Source of the DNA: a candidate division FCPU426 bacterium
Lineage (GTDB): Bacteria > Oederibacteriota > JAAXVQ01 > JAUVAV01
Assembly: GCA_040756875.1 (NCBI GenBank)
Contig: JBFLYH010000002.1
Coordinates: 927,078 to 991,077 of the forward strand
Reading direction: 5' to 3'
DNA length: 64,000 nucleotides
Positions 18,654 to 28,259 of this stretch are shown here, piece after piece (position 1 is the stretch's first letter; each line of letters begins with the position of its first letter). A program made the translations under genes and the position numbers. Under the pieces are notes generated by a model. That model searched no databases, was not told the origin of the DNA, and saw nothing but the letters and a program-made list of their open reading frames with translations.

Positions 18654-18849
18654 CAGGGTGCTGAAAAATCCGGATAGGTTCCGCTAGCACCCTGTACTGG
18701 CCCTCCAGATAGATATAAGGCTGGTAGGGTCAGCACCTGACGGTTACCCCATGATAAATCACTGATTTGTCATGGGGTATTCCATGCGACGCAATCGAAC
18801 AAGTCCGCTCTGCGGACTTGTTCATCAGCATGTTAGGGAGGCGGACGCG

Positions 18850-19827
18850 ATGCCTGAAATCCTGCAACCGGGAATACCCTTTGTCAGACCGCCCGAGCGT
18901 TCGCTCGCGCAGCAGATCAAGGAACTGACCGAAGCCGTGGAGTTGTATAAAAACCTGCTGCGAAAAGCCCGCCAGGAACAAGCGCGGAACGGAGCCATGC
19001 AGGCGTTCCCTCCGGGGCATTTCTATTCGCCCATCCCGGATTTGAATGAGGTCAAAGCGCACGCAGGCGAAATCTTCAACATTTCCCGCCGCGAACTTCC
19101 GGGCCTGGACCTGCGCGAGCAGGGGCAAGTGGCCCTGCTGGCAGCCCTGGCGCCGTATTACCAGGAGCTGCCGTTCGGGGAGACCGCCCAGGCCGGTCTG
19201 CGTTATTTTTATCAAAACCCGGCTTACAGCTACACAGACGGAATATTTCTTTATTGCCTGCTCCGGCACCTGCGTCCCAAGCGGGTGATTGAAGTAGGTT
19301 CCGGATATTCGTCCTGCGTCACCCTGGACACCAATGAGCGTTTTTTCGAGAACCAAATCGCCTGCACCTTCATCGAGCCGTATCCCGAACTGCTGCACTC
19401 CCTGCTCAAGCCCGGGGACCGGGAACGCGTTGAGATACTGCCCCTGCCGCTGCAGCGCGTGCCGCCGGACCGGTTTAAAGCGCTTGCAGCCGGAGATGTT
19501 CTGTTCATTGATTCCACCCATGTTTCCAAAGTGCACAGCGACGTCAATTACATCCTGTTCGAAATCCTGCCCGCGCTGGCGCCCGGGGTTTACATCCATT
19601 TTCACGACGTTTTTTACCCCTTTGAATATCCGGCGGAATGGATCTTCGAGGGCCGGGCCTGGAATGAGGATTATATGCTGCGGGCTTTTTTGCTTTTCAA
19701 TTCCGCATTTCGCATCGAACTGTTCAGCACGTTTTTAGGCCATTTTCACGCGGAGTATTTCCGGCAGCATATGCCGTTGTGCGAACGGAATTTTGGCGGC
19801 AACCTCTGGTTGAGCAAGCAAACGTGA
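18850..19827 (+). CDS. Class I SAM-dependent methyltransferase (Methyltransf_24-like)
   Basis: FPPGHFYSPIP, IEVGSGYS, LFIDSTH and HFHD motifs; AGGGAGG RBS before ATG 18850. Confidence 0.85.
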   Translation: MPEILQPGIPFVRPPERSLAQQIKELTEAVELYKNLLRKARQEQARNGAMQAFPPGHFYSPIPDLNEVKAHAGEIFNISRRELPGLDLREQGQVALLAALAPYYQELPFGETAQAGLRYFYQNPAYSYTDGIFLYCLLRHLRPKRVIEVGSGYSSCVTLDTNERFFENQIACTFIEPYPELLHSLLKPGDRERVEILPLPLQRVPPDRFKALAAGDVLFIDSTHVSKVHSDVNYILFEILPALAPGVYIHFHDVFYPFEYPAEWIFEGRAWNEDYMLRAFLLFNSAFRIELFSTFLGHFHAEYFRQHMPLCERNFGGNLWLSKQT

Positions 19828-19971
19828 CCTGGCCCGGCCGGCAGTCCTCTCCAGGCTCGAAACAGCCTTCAAAATCAATTCTTAATCAGCGCCTGACCCC
19901 ATCCGGGGACGGGATAAATATGTCAAAAAAGAACAGCTGATAAACCTTATATTTTAAGGATATTCACGGAT

Positions 19972-19999
19972 TAAAGAAAAAGCCTCCTTGGCACGATTA
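19972..19999 (+). promoter_or_regulatory. Probable sigma28 promoter of fliD
   Basis: TAAA-N16-CACGATTA in an AT-rich intergenic region. Confidence 0.5.
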
Positions 20000-20034
20000 T
20001 CCTTATAGCAGACGGTTTCATGCGAGGTGCCCCC

Positions 20035-21855
20035 ATGAGTTCGAATTCAATCTATATCTCCGGTTTGGCCTCAGGCATCGATACAGAAAGCATGATCACC
20101 AAGCTGATGGAGCTGGAACGCAGGCCGCAGCTGATGGTGCAGCAAAAGGTGAATCTGCTTACCGCCAAGCAGGGCGTGTACAGCTCGTTGAAAACCAAGC
20201 TGGCTGCCCTGGAAAGCGCGGTCCAAACCCTCAACGAAGCGGGCAATCTCTTTTTTCGGCAGAAAATCGCCTCCAGTTCGGACACGGCCGTAGCCAGCGC
20301 CGCGGTCACAGGGTCCAATCCGGCCCAGGGCAGCTATCAGCTGCAGGTGACCCAGCTGGCTTCGGCCGCGATGGTTACCGGCACGGCGCTGTATACCGGC
20401 GCCGACGCCCAGGCGTTGCCGGCCAGCCTGGCCAGCAGCGCCAGCATCGCGGCGCCCAGTCAGACCGTGGATCCCTCCCAAGCCCTCAGCACCCAGGCCG
20501 CATTCATGGCCGTGACGCCCGACAGCCTGGGGACCATCGAAATCAACGGCCGCACTGTCGCCTGGGACGACAACATGTCGCTCAACGAAATCATCGGCAG
20601 GATCAACAGCTCGGGCGCGGGCGTGACCGCGGCGTTTGACGCGGTCGCGCAGACCATCAGCCTGGTAACCCAGGAGACCGGCGCCACGGCCAGCCTGACG
20701 GTTTCCGAGAGCGCGGGCAACCTGTGGGAGGCCCTACAGATCACGCCCGGCACGGCCAGCGGCTCGGACGCCCAGTCGCCGTCCTTGACCGAGCCCCTGG
20801 GAGACGCGGCCGCCAATCTGGACATTGCGGTGACCAGCGGCACCTTTACCCTGAACGGCGTGGTTTTCTACGTAGACGCGGCCACGGACACCCTGCAGAC
20901 CGTGCTCAACCGCATCAACGCATCCAGCGCCGGGGTGAACGCCGGCTATGACGAAGAGACGGGCGCTGTCTCCCTGGTGCAGACAGAGACCGGCTCAGGG
21001 GCGGAGATCGTGCTGGGCGCGTCAGGCGACAGTAGCAACCTGCTGTATGCCCTCAAACTGTCCGGCAACAATCCTCCGGTCGGAGGCGCCGGCGATACTT
21101 ACCAGGGCACGGATGCCATGGTGAGCGTGAACGGTGGAACAGCCCAAGCCTACAGCAGCAACACCCTCGCCGGCGTCATTCCCGGGGTTAAAGTGACGCT
21201 CACTGGCACAGGCAGCACCACGGTGAGCGTGTCCGCCGACACGGACGCCATGCTCGGGAGCATCAAGGATTTCGTGGAAAAATACAACGCCGTGATTTCC
21301 TATATCCATTCGAAAACCAACGAAAAGCGCGCCGAAGACCCCTCGACGATTGCGGAGCTGATGCAGGGCACATGGGTGTCGGACCCGCTCTTCCTCGAGA
21401 CCAAAGACCAACTGACCCAGATCGTGGGCAGCGCGGTCAGCGGCCTTCCGGGCGACATGAACCAATTGGCCCAATTGGGCATCACCACCACTTCGGATGA
21501 TTTCGGCAAAAAACCCCTGCTGGAACTGGACGAAAACGATCTGCGCGAGGCGCTGCTGGCCGATCCGGACGGCGTAGCCGGCGTGTTCAACACCACGGAC
21601 ACCGGGATCATGACCCAGCTGGCGGCCAAACTCGAAAACATGACGGACATCGTAAGCGGCAGCTTCGTGCTGGAAGACCAGGCGCTGACCGAGCAAATGG
21701 ATGTTTTGAACAAGCAAATCCAGGCCATGGAGGAACGTCTCGTCAAGCGGGAATCGATCATGCGCAACCAATTCACGCAGATGGAGACCGCCGTGGCCAG
21801 ACTGAATGCCATGGGTTCGCAACTGGCCGGCTTGCTCACCATTACCAATAACTGA
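20035..21855 (+). CDS. fliD: Flagellar filament cap FliD
   Basis: ISGLASGIDT...LME.ER, VTQLA, FVEKYN and QFTQME motifs. Confidence 0.95.
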   Translation: MSSNSIYISGLASGIDTESMITKLMELERRPQLMVQQKVNLLTAKQGVYSSLKTKLAALESAVQTLNEAGNLFFRQKIASSSDTAVASAAVTGSNPAQGSYQLQVTQLASAAMVTGTALYTGADAQALPASLASSASIAAPSQTVDPSQALSTQAAFMAVTPDSLGTIEINGRTVAWDDNMSLNEIIGRINSSGAGVTAAFDAVAQTISLVTQETGATASLTVSESAGNLWEALQITPGTASGSDAQSPSLTEPLGDAAANLDIAVTSGTFTLNGVVFYVDAATDTLQTVLNRINASSAGVNAGYDEETGAVSLVQTETGSGAEIVLGASGDSSNLLYALKLSGNNPPVGGAGDTYQGTDAMVSVNGGTAQAYSSNTLAGVIPGVKVTLTGTGSTTVSVSADTDAMLGSIKDFVEKYNAVISYIHSKTNEKRAEDPSTIAELMQGTWVSDPLFLETKDQLTQIVGSAVSGLPGDMNQLAQLGITTTSDDFGKKPLLELDENDLREALLADPDGVAGVFNTTDTGIMTQLAAKLENMTDIVSGSFVLEDQALTEQMDVLNKQIQAMEERLVKRESIMRNQFTQMETAVARLNAMGSQLAGLLTITNN

Positions 21856-21922
21856 GCGAATGCCAGGAAGTGCCATTCCGGGGCGGCGCAGCCGCCCGGG
21901 CTAAGACAAGGAGGTCTTTGCC

Positions 21923-22372
21923 ATGACTGAAGCCGTGTTGAACATGATGACGATGTTTCCGCCCCTGGCGCCGCCGCTGCAAGCGGTGCGGTTGGCCGCC
22001 GAGGATCCTTTCCAGATATCCTACCAGGAAAGCAGGGTGTTCACGGCCAGCAGGGAGGAGCTTGTGCTCATGCTCTACGACGGAGCCCTGAAGTTCACCA
22101 ACCGGGGCTTGGAGGCATTGCGAAACGGCGACCGGCCGGCTATGAATTACAACCTGCTGCGGGCGCAAAAAATCGTCCATTACCTCGATATGTCCCTGAA
22201 TATGCAGCAGGGCGAGGAAGTCGCTAAAAATTTGGCGCGTTTGTACGATTTTATCAAACGGCGCTTGGGCGAGTGCCAGCGGTCGCAGGAAAGGGAACCG
22301 GGCGAAGAGGCCTTGAGCATCCTCAAGCATATGCGGGAAACTTGGCAGCAAGCATTTGAGCTGAAACGATAA
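21923..22372 (+). CDS. fliS: Flagellin chaperone FliS
   Basis: TAS.EELVLMLYDGALKF, SLNMQQGEEVAKNL..LY and RETW motifs. Confidence 0.95.
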   Translation: MTEAVLNMMTMFPPLAPPLQAVRLAAEDPFQISYQESRVFTASREELVLMLYDGALKFTNRGLEALRNGDRPAMNYNLLRAQKIVHYLDMSLNMQQGEEVAKNLARLYDFIKRRLGECQRSQEREPGEEALSILKHMRETWQQAFELKR

Positions 22373-22472
22373 GCTGGAAACGGCGGATAAAAGCACAAAC
22401 GACCCGTGAAGAACGCCGAGAGGCGAAAGGCGAGAGCGAATTTCTCTTGCGGCGGGGGCACGCAGGGGAGCT

Positions 22473-22500
22473 GGGGGCGCAGGGCACTGCGCCCCCTTTT
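22473..22500 (+). terminator. Rho-independent terminator between fliS and the HDOD gene
   Basis: GGGGGCGCAG-GGCA-CTGCGCCCCC-TTTT. Confidence 0.8.
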
Positions 22501-22626
22501 CATTTGGGGGCGGCTTTTTTGCATGAAAAAACCGGAAAGGCGGTCTAATTTCACGAGGCCCCTCAATATCACGCCCGGCTTGGTCGAAACTGAAACCGAA
22601 TCCTTGTTCGCTTTGGGAGCGCGACT

Positions 22627-23523
22627 GTGAAGGAAAACAAACTGAAACAGGTCATCCACAGCATCGGCGAAATTCCCACGCTGCCCAGCGTAGTGGCGCG
22701 GGTCATGCAGGTGCTGAGCGATCCGTATTCCTCGGCCTCGGATTTGACGGAAATCATCTCCGTGGACCAGGCCATGACGTTCCGCATCCTGAAGATGGCC
22801 AATTCCGCCTATTACGGATTTCCCCGCGCCGTGGCCACAGTGACCGAAGCCATCGTGCTGCTGGGGTTCACCACGGTCCGCAACCTGATCCTGACCACCA
22901 TGATGTACAACTTTGACCAGATGTGGACGCCCCGGGCTTCCCAGCCGAAGCCGGTCGGAAGCCAGGCCCTTTTCAACCAGCGGCAGGCCTGGAAGCACGC
23001 CGTGGCCACCGCCATCATGACCCGGGAACTGCTCACCAGCCAGCGAATGTCAGCCCAGGAGAATTTCGGTTTCCTGGCGGGATTGATGCACGATGTCGGC
23101 AAGGTTCTGTTTTACCATTACTTTCTGGCGGATTACGCGATGGTTCTGCGTCAGGAATCCGGGGACCAGCGGAGCCTGCTGCAGCGGGAAGTGGAGGTAA
23201 TGGGCGCCCACCACGGCCAGGTTGGCGCCTGGATGGTGGACCGGTGGAATTTGCCGGCTGAAATCGTCACGCCCATTGCCTGCCACCACGCCCCCGAAGA
23301 GGCCAAGGAGCAAAAGGCCCTGACCCAGGTGCTGTACATGGCCAACCGCTTGGCGCACGCCACCTTGCAGGACGAAACCGAGGCCGAAGGCCTGCGCCGC
23401 CCCTCCCAGCCGGGAACGATGCAAATTTGGGAACAGCTCGGGCTTTCGACGGAACAGATCCAGAACATGGAAAAATCCCTGCTGCGTGAGCTGCAGGAGA
23501 TCGAAAAATTCATGCAGGTATAA
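22627..23523 (+). CDS. HDOD domain protein
   Basis: IPTLP, D.AMTFRILKMANSAYYG, WKHA, AGLMHDVGK and WNLP motifs. Confidence 0.93.
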   Translation: MKENKLKQVIHSIGEIPTLPSVVARVMQVLSDPYSSASDLTEIISVDQAMTFRILKMANSAYYGFPRAVATVTEAIVLLGFTTVRNLILTTMMYNFDQMWTPRASQPKPVGSQALFNQRQAWKHAVATAIMTRELLTSQRMSAQENFGFLAGLMHDVGKVLFYHYFLADYAMVLRQESGDQRSLLQREVEVMGAHHGQVGAWMVDRWNLPAEIVTPIACHHAPEEAKEQKALTQVLYMANRLAHATLQDETEAEGLRRPSQPGTMQIWEQLGLSTEQIQNMEKSLLRELQEIEKFMQV

Positions 23524-23592
23524 GGGCCGATTGACGGCTTGGCTGGGGCATCCTCTTTGCGCCCCGGCCCATTAAACCCGGACGCAGGAACC

Positions 23593-24900
23593 ATGGAACC
23601 GACCACACCAGCGACTCCAGGCGGCGAACCGGCTTCCCCGGCGAGGGAAGTCGAGGAACTGCGCCAATATCTTGAGATTCAGGAAAAAATCAACCGCGGC
23701 CTGCGGACCTTTATCGCGGAAATGACGATTGTCTTCCGGTTCATCGAGACCGTCAGCACGTTCCATTCGCAGGAGCGCATCCTGAACCTGCTGATGGACG
23801 TCATGCATGAATTGTGCGGCTACGACGCGGCCGCCCTGTTTTTGGCGGGGTCCTGGGCGCCCAAGATCGCTTTTCACGCGGAAGAGCTGGAGCAGTACCG
23901 CCAGAAACTGGAGCTGGACGACCGGATTTACGACTGGGTGGAGCGGCAGGGGCATGCCGTGGTGGTGCCGGACAGTTTCCGGCGCCAGGATCAATCCGGA
24001 AACGATAAGTGGTCGTACATGATTGCGCCCCTTTCCACCTCCACCGAGCGGCTGGGACGGATCGAAATGCTGTTCCGGCGATCCCAGGGCGCGTTCACCC
24101 AGCAAACCTTCAGCATTATCAACGTGCTGCTCAAACACGCCGGCGTGATCCTGGCGAACGAGCGCGTGTATACCAAGGAGCGCGCCACCGCCAAGAAATA
24201 CATCGAACTGGACATGCTCAAGCAGGACGTGGTCAACACCACCACCCATGAGATCAAAACCCCGCTTACGATCATCCAGGCCGCGGCCATGCTGCTGCAG
24301 CGCAATCCCCGCCTGCCCAAGGAAGAACGCGCGGAACTGCTCGACAAGGTCATTTACCAGTGCGCGCGCATCAACGACATCGTCACCGAGCTGTTCGAAA
24401 CCGCCCAGGTCGAAGACAGCGCCCCGCGCCTGAATCCCGAGCCCGTTTCCCTCAGCGAACTCACGCAGACCGTGCTGCGGGAGATCCACTACCAGCCCGC
24501 GCTGATCGCCTTTCGCCTGGAATTGCCCGAGCAACTGCCCCTGGTTCACGCGGACCGCCCCAGCCTGCACAAGGTGGTCCGTAACCTGATCGAAAACGCG
24601 GTCAAGTATTCACCCAAGGGCGGCGACATTGTGGTGTCCGCGGATGCTGACAGCGACACGGTCCGCTGGCGGATCGAAGACCACGGCCTGGGCATTTCCG
24701 AGGCGGATTTGCCCCGGATATTCACCAAGTTTTTCCGCGCCGGCGACGTCAATACCCGCACGATCCGGGGCATGGGTTTCGGCTTGTATTTGGTTAAAAA
24801 AAACGTGGAATTGAACCAGGGGACCATCCAGGTTCAAAGCACCATGGGTCAGGGATCGACTTTTACCCTGGAATTTCCCCGCTGGCAGCCCAAGGAATGA
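23593..24900 (+). CDS. Cytoplasmic histidine kinase with GAF-like N-terminus
   Basis: HEIKTPLT, NLIENAVKY, DHGLGI and GMGFGL motifs; no transmembrane segment. Confidence 0.9.
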   Translation: MEPTTPATPGGEPASPAREVEELRQYLEIQEKINRGLRTFIAEMTIVFRFIETVSTFHSQERILNLLMDVMHELCGYDAAALFLAGSWAPKIAFHAEELEQYRQKLELDDRIYDWVERQGHAVVVPDSFRRQDQSGNDKWSYMIAPLSTSTERLGRIEMLFRRSQGAFTQQTFSIINVLLKHAGVILANERVYTKERATAKKYIELDMLKQDVVNTTTHEIKTPLTIIQAAAMLLQRNPRLPKEERAELLDKVIYQCARINDIVTELFETAQVEDSAPRLNPEPVSLSELTQTVLREIHYQPALIAFRLELPEQLPLVHADRPSLHKVVRNLIENAVKYSPKGGDIVVSADADSDTVRWRIEDHGLGISEADLPRIFTKFFRAGDVNTRTIRGMGFGLYLVKKNVELNQGTIQVQSTMGQGSTFTLEFPRWQPKE

Positions 24901-24922
24901 ACAGAGGCAGGGGCTTCACACC

Positions 24923-24961
24923 GGAAATCAATTCCATAGTCCTGGCCTCAGAGGTATGGAA
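24923..24961. promoter_or_regulatory. Candidate UAS for the sigma54 activator
   Basis: GGAAATCAATTCCATA-N16-TATGGAA. Confidence 0.6.
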
Positions 24962-25088
24962 AATAAACCCCACTTGCCAGATTGAAAAGCCCGGATCGAT
25001 CGTCTTCGCCACCCGCCTGAAAATCCATTGTAAATAAAGGGCATTTCGGGGGATTTTACAGGTTCTTTCCCGGAAAACCTCCTGCAGC

Positions 25089-25104
25089 TGGCATGTTCCT
25101 TGCA
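25089..25104 (+). promoter_or_regulatory. Sigma54 promoter of the flgB operon
   Basis: TGGCAT-GTTCC-TTGCA, near-perfect -24/-12 consensus. Confidence 0.85.
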
Positions 25105-25141
25105 TTTTTGCCTCTTGCCGAACTTTGAGCAAGGAGATGCC

Positions 25142-25579
25142 ATGGCTGACTATCCGGAACTGGCTGCTAATCTGGAAACGCTTATCGATCACCTGACCGA
25201 ACTGCAGGAACTGGAGGAAGCCAGGCAGGTCCAGACCCCGGATGAGCTGGCCGCGACCCTGCCCGCCTACCTGACAGCCAAGCAGGCTATGTTGGACCGC
25301 GTTTCGCAGCTGACCCAGAACGGCTGGCTGGCCGCGGCCGAGGAAAGGCTGGGCCGGCTGGAACCGGCGGACACGGCGGCCTATTTTCAAACCCTGTGGG
25401 ACAGGATGAAAGCCCTGCTGGAGGACGTGCGCCGCCTTCACGATGAAAATTTAAACACGCTGAAGCATCACTCGGAGGAGCTGGGCAAAACCGTGCAAGC
25501 CCTGGGGAAGACTTTGAATTACTTGCGGGCGTACCCCCTGAACCCGCAGCAGTCCGTGCGGGTAAATATTCTGGGATAG
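25142..25579 (+). CDS. Helical hypothetical protein, possibly a FliT/FlgN-like chaperone
   Basis: AGGAG RBS; 145 aa, amphipathic helices; first gene of the flgB operon. Confidence 0.6.
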   Translation: MADYPELAANLETLIDHLTELQELEEARQVQTPDELAATLPAYLTAKQAMLDRVSQLTQNGWLAAAEERLGRLEPADTAAYFQTLWDRMKALLEDVRRLHDENLNTLKHHSEELGKTVQALGKTLNYLRAYPLNPQQSVRVNILG

Positions 25580-25589
25580 CGAGGGTGCC

Positions 25590-25952
25590 ATGAGCCTGAC
25601 GCCGGAAATCTCCTGGTTGGAAAAAATGAACGACGTGATGGATATCCTGTGGATACAGCAGCGGGCCCTGGCGCAAAACATCGCCAACGTCAACACGCCC
25701 GGCTTTATCCGCCAGACTGTGGATTTCGCCGCGGAGCTCAAGGAAGCTCTGGGCGACCCGTCGCGGCCGCCGTCCGAGATTGAAATCCAGGACGACTTGA
25801 AGGCATCAGCGCGGGTTGACGGCAATTCCGTGAATCTGGAGCGCGAGATGGTCGAGCTGGCCGAGGTGACGCAGACGTACGGCAGCCTGGCGCGCCTGAC
25901 GGCGAAAAATTTGAGCATGGCCCGGATCGTGATCACGGGCGGAAAGGGATAG
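25590..25952 (+). CDS. flgB: Rod protein FlgB
   Basis: AQNIANVNTPGF and R.DGNSVNLEREM motifs. Confidence 0.94.
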   Translation: MSLTPEISWLEKMNDVMDILWIQQRALAQNIANVNTPGFIRQTVDFAAELKEALGDPSRPPSEIEIQDDLKASARVDGNSVNLEREMVELAEVTQTYGSLARLTAKNLSMARIVITGGKG

Positions 25953-25954
25953 CC

Positions 25955-26359
25955 ATGAACCTGTTTCCGGAAATGTCCGTCAGCGCCAGCGGCTTGACTG
26001 CCGAGCGCACCCGGCTGGAGGTGATCGCGCGCAACCTGGCCAACGCGAACACCACCAAGACCGCGGACGGCGGCGTGTTCAGGCGCCAGCTGGTGGAATT
26101 GGTGGCCCAGCCCCAGGGGCTGATGGCCGAGGAGGCGGCCGGGGTGCAGGTGGCCGGCATCGTGGAAGACCCGTCGCCTTTGAAGCAGGTCTACTCCCCC
26201 GGACACCCGGACGCGGATGAGAACGGCTATCTCACGCTGCCCAACGTGGATGTCATGCTGGAAATGGTGGACATGCTGGGCGCGGCGCGCGCCTATGAAG
26301 CCAACGTGAGCCTGCTGCAAAGCGCCAAGGAAATGGCGCGGCAGGCGCTGAGCATTTAA
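25955..26359 (+). CDS. flgC: Rod protein FlgC
   Basis: SASGLTAER.RL, NLANANTT, PGHPDAD..GY and PNVD..EM motifs. Confidence 0.96.
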   Translation: MNLFPEMSVSASGLTAERTRLEVIARNLANANTTKTADGGVFRRQLVELVAQPQGLMAEEAAGVQVAGIVEDPSPLKQVYSPGHPDADENGYLTLPNVDVMLEMVDMLGAARAYEANVSLLQSAKEMARQALSI

Positions 26360-26370
26360 AGGAGGGCCCC

Positions 26371-26685
26371 GTGAGCATCGAAGGAATCAATGGATTCCGG
26401 CCGCTGGACCTCACGCCTTCGCTGCCGCCGGTGGCGCCGGCCAGCGCGTTTCCGGTCCAGGCACCGTCCTCCTTTACGCAAGTCCTGACCGAAGGCTTGG
26501 CCGCCCTGGACCGCCAGCAAAGCGACCTGCAAAGCATCTCGCAGCGCTTTTTGGAAGGCCAGGGGCCGGCCTTGCACGAAATCATGCTCCAGGCCGAGGA
26601 AACCAAATTGAATTTGGAGTTCGTGGTGCAGTTGCGGAATAAAGTGGTGGAAGCGTACCAGGAGATCATGCGGCTGCAGGTTTAG
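26371..26685 (+). CDS. fliE: Hook-basal body protein FliE
   Basis: C-terminal VQLRNKVVEAYQEIMRLQV. Confidence 0.95.
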   Translation: MSIEGINGFRPLDLTPSLPPVAPASAFPVQAPSSFTQVLTEGLAALDRQQSDLQSISQRFLEGQGPALHEIMLQAEETKLNLEFVVQLRNKVVEAYQEIMRLQV

Positions 26686-26710
26686 GCCGCCGGGGTCATC
26701 CGTCGGGAGG

Positions 26711-28225
26711 ATGAGCATGGCGCAAACGTGGAACGACCGCCTCAAAGCCCTGCAGCAGGGCTGGCAGCGGCTCACGCTGAATCAGAAAATGCTGGTGCTC
26801 CTGGCCGGCGTCACGCTGGCCGCGGTGGCGGCCGGCATGGCTTATTTTGGCACGCGGCCGGAATACGCCGTGCTTTACAACAACCTGGCCGCGCAGGACG
26901 CCAGCGAAGTGGTGGATAAGCTGCGGGAGCGCAAGGTGCCGTTCCGCCTGGGCGGGGGCGGAACCCAGGTCGAGGTGCCGGCGCCGCAGGTGTACGAACT
27001 GCGGATCGAGCTGGCCGGCCAGGGATTGCCGCGCGGCGAAGGCGTGGGCTTCGAAATATTCGACAAGCTGTCGCTCGGCGTGACCAACGAGGTGCAGCGC
27101 ATCAATTACCTGCGCGCCCTCCAAAGCGAACTGGAGCGGACCATCGAAGCCCTGGAACCCATCCAGAAAGCCCGCGTCCATCTGGTGCTGCCCCAGGAGG
27201 AGATGTGGTTCGAGGAGGATTTTAATCCCAGCGCCTCGGTCATGGTCAGGCTGAAGGGGCCCGGAACCCTCAACGCCCAGCAGGTCGAAAGCATCCGCCA
27301 CCTCCTGGCCAGCGCGGTCCGGGGGCTGGTGCCCGAACGGGTGACGGTCGTGGACACGCAGGGCAAGGTGTTGTCCGCAGGCGCGGACAATGACGCGGCC
27401 TTCGGCCTCAGCGACCGCCAGATCGCCTACCGCCAGAAAATCGAGAGCAACCTCAAGGCGCAGGCCGAGAGCCTGCTGGTGGAGATCCTCGGCCCGGGCC
27501 GGGCCGCGGTCCGGGTGCAGGCGGAAATGGATTTCAACCAGATCGTCAAGGAGCGCGAGTATTTCGAGCCCGTGGTCGGCCAAAAGGGGCTTGTGCGCAG
27601 CGAACAGCAGAACTCCGCGCAGACCGGCGAAGGCGCGCCTGCTCCGGCCGGTCCGGCCGGCACGGCCTCCAATCTGCAGGGATATCCGCCCTCCGGCGTT
27701 TCCACCGCCGGGAACGGCAGCAAAAAGAGCGAACGCATCATCCAGTATGAAATGAACCGCACGCACGAGCGGGTCACTTCGGCCGCGGGCACGATCAAGC
27801 GGCTGTCGGTCGGCGTGTTCATCGACGGAAACCAGACGCCCGAGCGCTTGAGCGACATGCAGAGCGTGCTGGTGCGGGCCCTGGGCATCGACCCGGAGCG
27901 CGGGGACCTGATCGAAGTCCGTGCGCTTCCTTTTGACCGGAAGGACACAAAGGAAGAACAGCAACTGCTGGAAAAATCGCAACGGGAAAAATTCTGGCTG
28001 ACGCTGCTGTCCTCCTGGGTGCCGCGGGGCGTGTTGTTTGCCGTGGCCGTCGCGGTGTTGCTGGCGGGCCTGGGCGTCCTGCGCAAGCAGGCGAGTTTGC
28101 CGCCCAATATGGGCGGCAACGGCCGCCCGGAGGATGTGAGCAGGCTGGAGCCGGATCGGGTGATGGAGATCATCCGCCAGCATCCCGCGGAAACCAGCCA
28201 GATCTTAAAACAGTGGCTCTCGTAG
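26711..28225 (+). CDS. fliF: MS-ring protein FliF
   Basis: Two TM segments; GFEIFDK, RALQSELERTI, ARVHLVLP and SASV motifs. Confidence 0.96.
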   Translation: MSMAQTWNDRLKALQQGWQRLTLNQKMLVLLAGVTLAAVAAGMAYFGTRPEYAVLYNNLAAQDASEVVDKLRERKVPFRLGGGGTQVEVPAPQVYELRIELAGQGLPRGEGVGFEIFDKLSLGVTNEVQRINYLRALQSELERTIEALEPIQKARVHLVLPQEEMWFEEDFNPSASVMVRLKGPGTLNAQQVESIRHLLASAVRGLVPERVTVVDTQGKVLSAGADNDAAFGLSDRQIAYRQKIESNLKAQAESLLVEILGPGRAAVRVQAEMDFNQIVKEREYFEPVVGQKGLVRSEQQNSAQTGEGAPAPAGPAGTASNLQGYPPSGVSTAGNGSKKSERIIQYEMNRTHERVTSAAGTIKRLSVGVFIDGNQTPERLSDMQSVLVRALGIDPERGDLIEVRALPFDRKDTKEEQQLLEKSQREKFWLTLLSSWVPRGVLFAVAVAVLLAGLGVLRKQASLPPNMGGNGRPEDVSRLEPDRVMEIIRQHPAETSQILKQWLS

Positions 28226-28259
28226 GCGCGCGGGCCGCATTCGGAACGGTGAGGGCAGC

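Noticed and set aside
22402-22472. Assignment as a c-di-GMP-I/II or ZTP riboswitch
   Set aside because: Diagnostic elements (GCAAA/ACGCAAAG with a tetraloop receptor; GTGCAACCG; CGCCTGGGC) are missing; kept only as an unassigned candidate.
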